Assembly (NCBI RefSeq): GCF_006345805.1
Contig: NW_021834108.1
Location: 1 to 39,755, forward strand
From: Octopus sinensis
Taxonomy: Eukaryota
Length of the DNA stretch: 39,755 nt
Reading direction: 5' to 3'
A program made the position numbers and the translations under genes. The notes beneath the pieces are model-generated. The model did no database searches. It was not told the DNA's origin and was given only the letters and a program-made list of their open reading frames with translations. Every line of letters begins with the position of its first letter. Position 1 is the stretch's first letter. Below are positions 35,601 through 39,755 of the stretch, in pieces.

Positions 35601-36232
35601 GTGTGTATGTGCGTGTGTTTATTCAATGGAAAAGTGGATGAGTTCATCATATCAAGAGATTACTTTTAATAGACAAATGAAACTTATGAGTTACCGGTTG
35701 GTTAAGAATAGAGATAACAGGTTGTAAATGGGCGAAAATAGGAGCTTGTGCCTGGTCGATGAGTCGGCTAGAAATAGCAGTTAAATATATTTCTGCTTCA
35801 ATACCATATTGTCTTCAAACAAAAAGGAATGTGCACCAAAGGTAAAGTGAATAATGGATCCATGCATAAAATATACACAACGTGAGGGAAATGTTGCCGC
35901 TAGGCGTCACTTAATAAAAGATTTCATGCAATATTCTAGCGATCCCGAGCGGGTCTGAAAACCGCATTTGTGTTGCTTTAAGGGGAACAGTGAAATCAAA
36001 TACCATCATGAGTGATATCCAGATTACGGGGGAGAAGGCAAGGCGCTGGATTTGATTAAAAGAAGACGATTGGAAATGGCTAGAAGAATATCGAGCGAAA
36101 CTAAGTAGACAATTGATCTAGCAAACGGGTTCACATCTGAGTGAGAGGTGGGGCGTAATAATGCCGTCGAGAGGAAGGCACGCGGTGTGACTTTGTTCTG
36201 CAATGCCTGTCCCCTGTTCGTCAATTTTTCTG

Positions 36233-36830
36233 ATGGCTGAAACGAAGAAAGCGCGTCCTTTCGTGAAATTCTGTTTTCTGCTGGGGAAAACGGTTACCGA
36301 AACAGTTGTCATTCTTCAAACTGCTTACAAGGTCGCTGCTGTGAGTAAAACACAAGTTTACGAATGATTTCCACGCTTTAGGACTGGTCACTTGTCGCTT
36401 GAAGACCAACTTCGTTCGGGACGACCGTCGACCTCCCGAAGGAATGAAGACATCATGAAAATTAGAGGACTGTCACCCAACAATTGACGAACTTGTTGAT
36501 ACGACTGGTGTGTCCTGAAGTTACTATCAACGGATTTTGAGCGCGGAAATGCGAATGAAAAGAGGAGCAACAAGATTTGTACCTCGCTTGTTCACGGAAG
36601 ATCAAAAGCAGTCGTGAACTGAAAGAACCGTTGGAAGTTGATCCGGACCTTTTTTTTCGAAGGTCATCTCTGGTGAAACAAAGGTGGTGCCACGGAATTT
36701 GCAGATGTGGAAACGGTGAAGGAAAAAAACGACGGAGGCGTTAGAAGGCATCACTTCGCAGAAGTTCCAGCACGGTTTCGAACCGTGGAAAACGTGACCT
36801 GAGAATACTTTTGAAGGCGATAAAAGTGCA
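36233..36830 (+). pseudogene. Decayed, internally deleted mariner transposase
   Basis: MAETKKARPFVKFCFLLGKTVTETVVILQTAYK...VYE*FPRFRTGHLSLEDQLRSGRPSTS; after a frameshift TIDELV...RFVPRLFTEDQK (WVPR-type motif); KVISG where the first catalytic Asp region begins; jump to FADVETVKEKTTEAL...(EYF)EGD. Stops and frameshifts throughout; element ends not securely defined. Confidence 0.88.
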
Positions 36831-36861
36831 AACATATAAAACTATATTTATTTTATTTTTA

Positions 36862-36912
36862 TTTTATTTTATCTAGTTTCAGCTCACGAGCTGTGGCCAT
36901 GCTGGGGCACCG
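36862..36912 (-). mobile_element. Very short 3' tail insertion (family B-like tail) in the mariner 3' region
   Basis: Minus strand CGGTGCCCCAGCATGGCCACAGCTCGTGAGCTGAAACTAGATAAAATAAAA. Similar short tail fragments at ~26912, ~32965, ~33308 and ~34130. Confidence 0.75.
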
Positions 36913-37397
36913 AATAAGATAATATTGTAAAATTCCGTTTTTTTTTGGGGGGGTGGCCACGTGTGTGTGTGTGTATGTATGTATGTATGCGCGTGTGTGC
37001 GTATGTGTGTGTGTGTGTGTGTGTGTGTTATAGTACTAGATGCTGAATTTTTATCTCTTCATTGATGTTTCACATCACTGGAGATCGCAGCTAGCGTGAA
37101 ACTGAAGTCGCTATAGAAAAGTTTAGATTCAATAAATTCGTGTGCTCGTTTGGGGGCGGGGTGCAAATTGCGATTTATCATTATGAATGCTGCACACCAG
37201 TTCTCTCCTAGGTGTAGAAAGTGGAAAGTTCTACAGGCGTTTTCCAGTCCTCAAGCAGCGCTGGGATGAAATCCATATAAACTAAACTCTCACATCTGTC
37301 ATGTTTGCAATAGGAAAAAAACCACACAAGACTTGCCACAGGACACATAAGACGTAAAAAAGAAAATAAATAAACTAAAGAATTTGAAATAAAATAA

Positions 37398-37743
37398 ACT
37401 AGCACTATGACCCGGCGTTGCATACACAGCTGCGTGTGTGCGTGCGCACATACACGCGAGTACTGTCCAGATCTCTGACCAATCACATACAGCTAGCTGG
37501 CATTCAATTGGCGTATCAAGTTTCGGGCATTTTGATTGGGTTTTGGATAGAAAATTCACCAAAAAGTCACTTCTATTATTTTTTAATGGCTTGCAGTGGA
37601 CTGGGGGGATGTAAAGATGTGCGCGACGACACCCTGGGGCGGTTTTGAATGACCATAGAAAGTGCGAGCCCTATAACTGAAAATTTGTGGATTTGTATAA
37701 AGGACACGCACACAGACATTTTGCCGTTTATATATAGAGAGAT
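37398..37743 (+). mobile_element. Helentron/Helitron-like non-autonomous element (HINE-like), apparently complete
   Basis: 5' ACTAGCACTATGACCCGGCGTTG, internal TCAAGTTTCGG, 3' ACACGCACACAGAC...GCCGTTTATATATAGAGAGAT; A-rich flanks; no TSD. Confidence 0.6.
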
Positions 37744-38224
37744 AATAATAACGGTTTCTGTTGTAATTTTGATGAAGAGTCTAAAACTGTGGAAGAGACA
37801 GAAGTCGATTATATAAACGCCATTCCTCGCCTGGAACTTTGTTTAAATTCTTCTCATTCGTCTTCTATTTCTGTGTTTAAATTCCCAGGAGGAATTTGAA
37901 CTCGGGAGGAGACGAGTGAGAAGAGATTCCACAATGAGTTTTTGTCCGGAGCGCTAACGATTCTTCCAGCTCGGAGCCGCTGCGAAATGAGTAAACAACG
38001 AATAACAAATGCAATAATGATTCGTTAATTGATATACTAAAAGAAAATTAGGAGACTATTTTCTCATCGTTATTGATGGACAAACTACTTCTGCACACAG
38101 CCTCCCTCCCCCCATTACATTTACGTATGTGTGTGTGTGTGTAAATACATAAATAAGTATATTTCACACACACACACACATAAATATAAATATATGTGAG
38201 AGCGAGAGAGAGAGAAAGAGAGAA

Positions 38225-38372
38225 AATTAGTTGGTTGTCATAATAAAACTCAGAGTTTCGAATGCCGGGGCTGAAGACTGCTTCGGCATCTCATCAGTTA
38301 TTAAAACAAACGCTATGAGATGCTGTAGCAGGCTTCAGCCCCGGCATCCGAAACTCTGACAACCAACTAATT
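38225..38372. repeat. ~150-bp imperfect palindrome made of two inverted hammerhead-bearing copies
   Basis: AATTAGTTGGTTGTCA / TGACAACCAACTAATT; CAGAGTTTCGAATGCCGGGGCTGAAGACTGCT / AGCAGGCTTCAGCCCCGGCATCCGAAACTCTG; GCATCTCAT / ATGAGATGC. Confidence 0.92.
38241..38303 (-). ncRNA. Type I hammerhead ribozyme, intact canonical core
   Basis: Minus strand TAATAA-CTGATGA-GATGCCG-AAGCAGTCTTCAGCCC-CGGCATTC-GAA-ACTC-T-GAGT-T-TTATTA: 6-bp helix I, 7-bp helix II with one bulge, self-complementary helix III, GUU site (cut between 38247 and 38246). Confidence 0.82.
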
Positions 38373-38526
38373 GTTACATATTTATATTTAAAGATAAATT
38401 CCTCTGTCTAACATAATATCTAAGTCTCATTCATTCTTTTGTTGTCTATATATATATATATATATATCAGTATGGTGACACAGACAGGAAAAATAGAACT
38501 TAAAATGAGTAAATGTATATTTTAAA

Positions 38527-38608
38527 TAATATTTAGCAGAAACAACAGAGTGACTCAAGGTCCGAGAGTTTCTTGCGTTAGCACCTCTGTTGGTTCTGCT
38601 AAATATTA
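38527..38608. repeat. 24-bp inverted repeat hairpin (tiny MITE-like)
   Basis: TAATATTTAGCAGAAACAACAGAG / CTCTGTTGGTTCTGCTAAATATTA, 23/24 match, 34-nt spacer. Confidence 0.85.
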
Positions 38609-38913
38609 AAAAATATACATACATACACACATACATAAATACATACATACATACATACATACATACAAACATGTATAGGTATATATATACATAGTCCATT
38701 AAAAAGACAGATATATATATATATACACATTAATATAGAGTCAACAGTGTATACATACGTATATACATATATGTGCATGTATGTCATGTATATATATGCA
38801 CACCAAAATATATATATACAGTAATATATATATATATATATATATAGATATATATATATATATATATAATATATAAAGTTAATCAAAAATAAAAACACGA
38901 TGTCAAGGATTCA

Positions 38914-38991
38914 GCGGTACATATGTTTCGGGCCTTTATTAGACGGATTTATAACAATGCATAATGTGTGTCTATGGCCTTCTTCAGCCGC
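38914..38991 (-). ncRNA. Type I hammerhead ribozyme motif with extended helix II
   Basis: Minus strand GCGG-CTGAAGA-AGGCC-(~41 nt including TAGAC/GTCTA)-GGCCC-GAA-ACATATGT-A-CCGC: helix I GCGG/CCGC, perfect 8-nt palindromic helix III, GUA site; A-C mismatch at the base of helix II. Confidence 0.75.
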
Positions 38992-39179
38992 GCACAATTA
39001 CTACCTCAAACATATATATATATGTGTGTGTGTATGTATGTATGTATGTATGTATGTATGTATGTATGTATGTATGTATGTATGTATGCATGCATGTTTG
39101 TATGTATGTATGTATGTATGTATGTATGTATGTATGGTAAATGAATGACGGGAGATACGAGAATTTTTATTAATCACTA

Positions 39180-39306
39180 CACGACGGGCTTCTTTCAGTT
39201 TCCTACAACCAAATCCACTCACAAGGCTTTGGTCGGTACGAGGCTATAGTAGAAGACACTTAAACGTGGTTGGCAAGCAAGGCTACTTACTTACCACACA
39301 GCCACT
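39180..39306 (-). mobile_element. SINE family B, head-only with deletion
   Basis: CGACGGGCTTCTTTCAGTTTCC...CAAATCCACTCACAAGGCTTTGGTCGG...CTTACCACACAGCCAC. Confidence 0.85.
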
Positions 39307-39755
39307 ACAATAGTATATTTATATCTATATACATTCACACACACTTGCGCTGCTTCGCTTTCGTCCATCAATGTTCTCCTATTCAAATATTCTGACTGAA
39401 ATAACAAACCATGGAGTATGTGGGGGGAGGACGTGGGGGGCTGCGGCGGAGGTGAACATTTTTCTCCTCGATATTGTCATTATTGGTTCTGTGTTGTTCG
39501 TTGTTGTTTTTTGCTGGAGGCGATGTGTAGTCGTCATGGCATAGTGCTGGTTGTAGCGATGGATGTGGTGGTGGTGGTGCTGATGTTGTGTGTGTGTGTG
39601 TGTGTGTGTGTGTGATAGTATAGGTGGTAGTGGTGATGGTGGGGTGGGGTGGGGTTTTTTTTCTTTCTTCGTGATGTCTGGACACTTTTGTTATCATTGT
39701 ATTGGAGGTAGTTGTGTCGTGGTGATGACTTGAACAGTGTGTCATATGTTAGTTT

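Overview
This is eukaryotic, repeat-saturated DNA that reads as intergenic or intronic. No intact host protein-coding gene can be supported: all long ORFs in the track are translated microsatellites. The SINE families, very high microsatellite load, mariner/CR1/RTE relics and Helentron-like elements suggest an octopus (coleoid cephalopod) genome; this is inference, not a database match. Content: many tRNA-derived SINE copies (labelled A-F here), several with clear target-site duplications (TSDs) and nested insertions; a 141-bp mariner MITE; a decayed mariner; LINE 3' relics; a 35-bp minisatellite. The most interesting signal is a set of short islands, mostly between (TA)n-type microsatellites, carrying type I hammerhead ribozyme folds. 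There are five well-formed motifs and three degenerate or weak ones, in several unrelated sequence contexts. All five well-formed ones have a self-complementary helix III of the dimer-dependent kind known from Penelope-like retroelements and retrozymes, and one sits in a ~150-bp palindrome. A second signal is that SINE family A forms head-to-tail multimers through one fixed junction where its 3' end is complementary to its own head. All structures were folded by eye and need computational and experimental confirmation.
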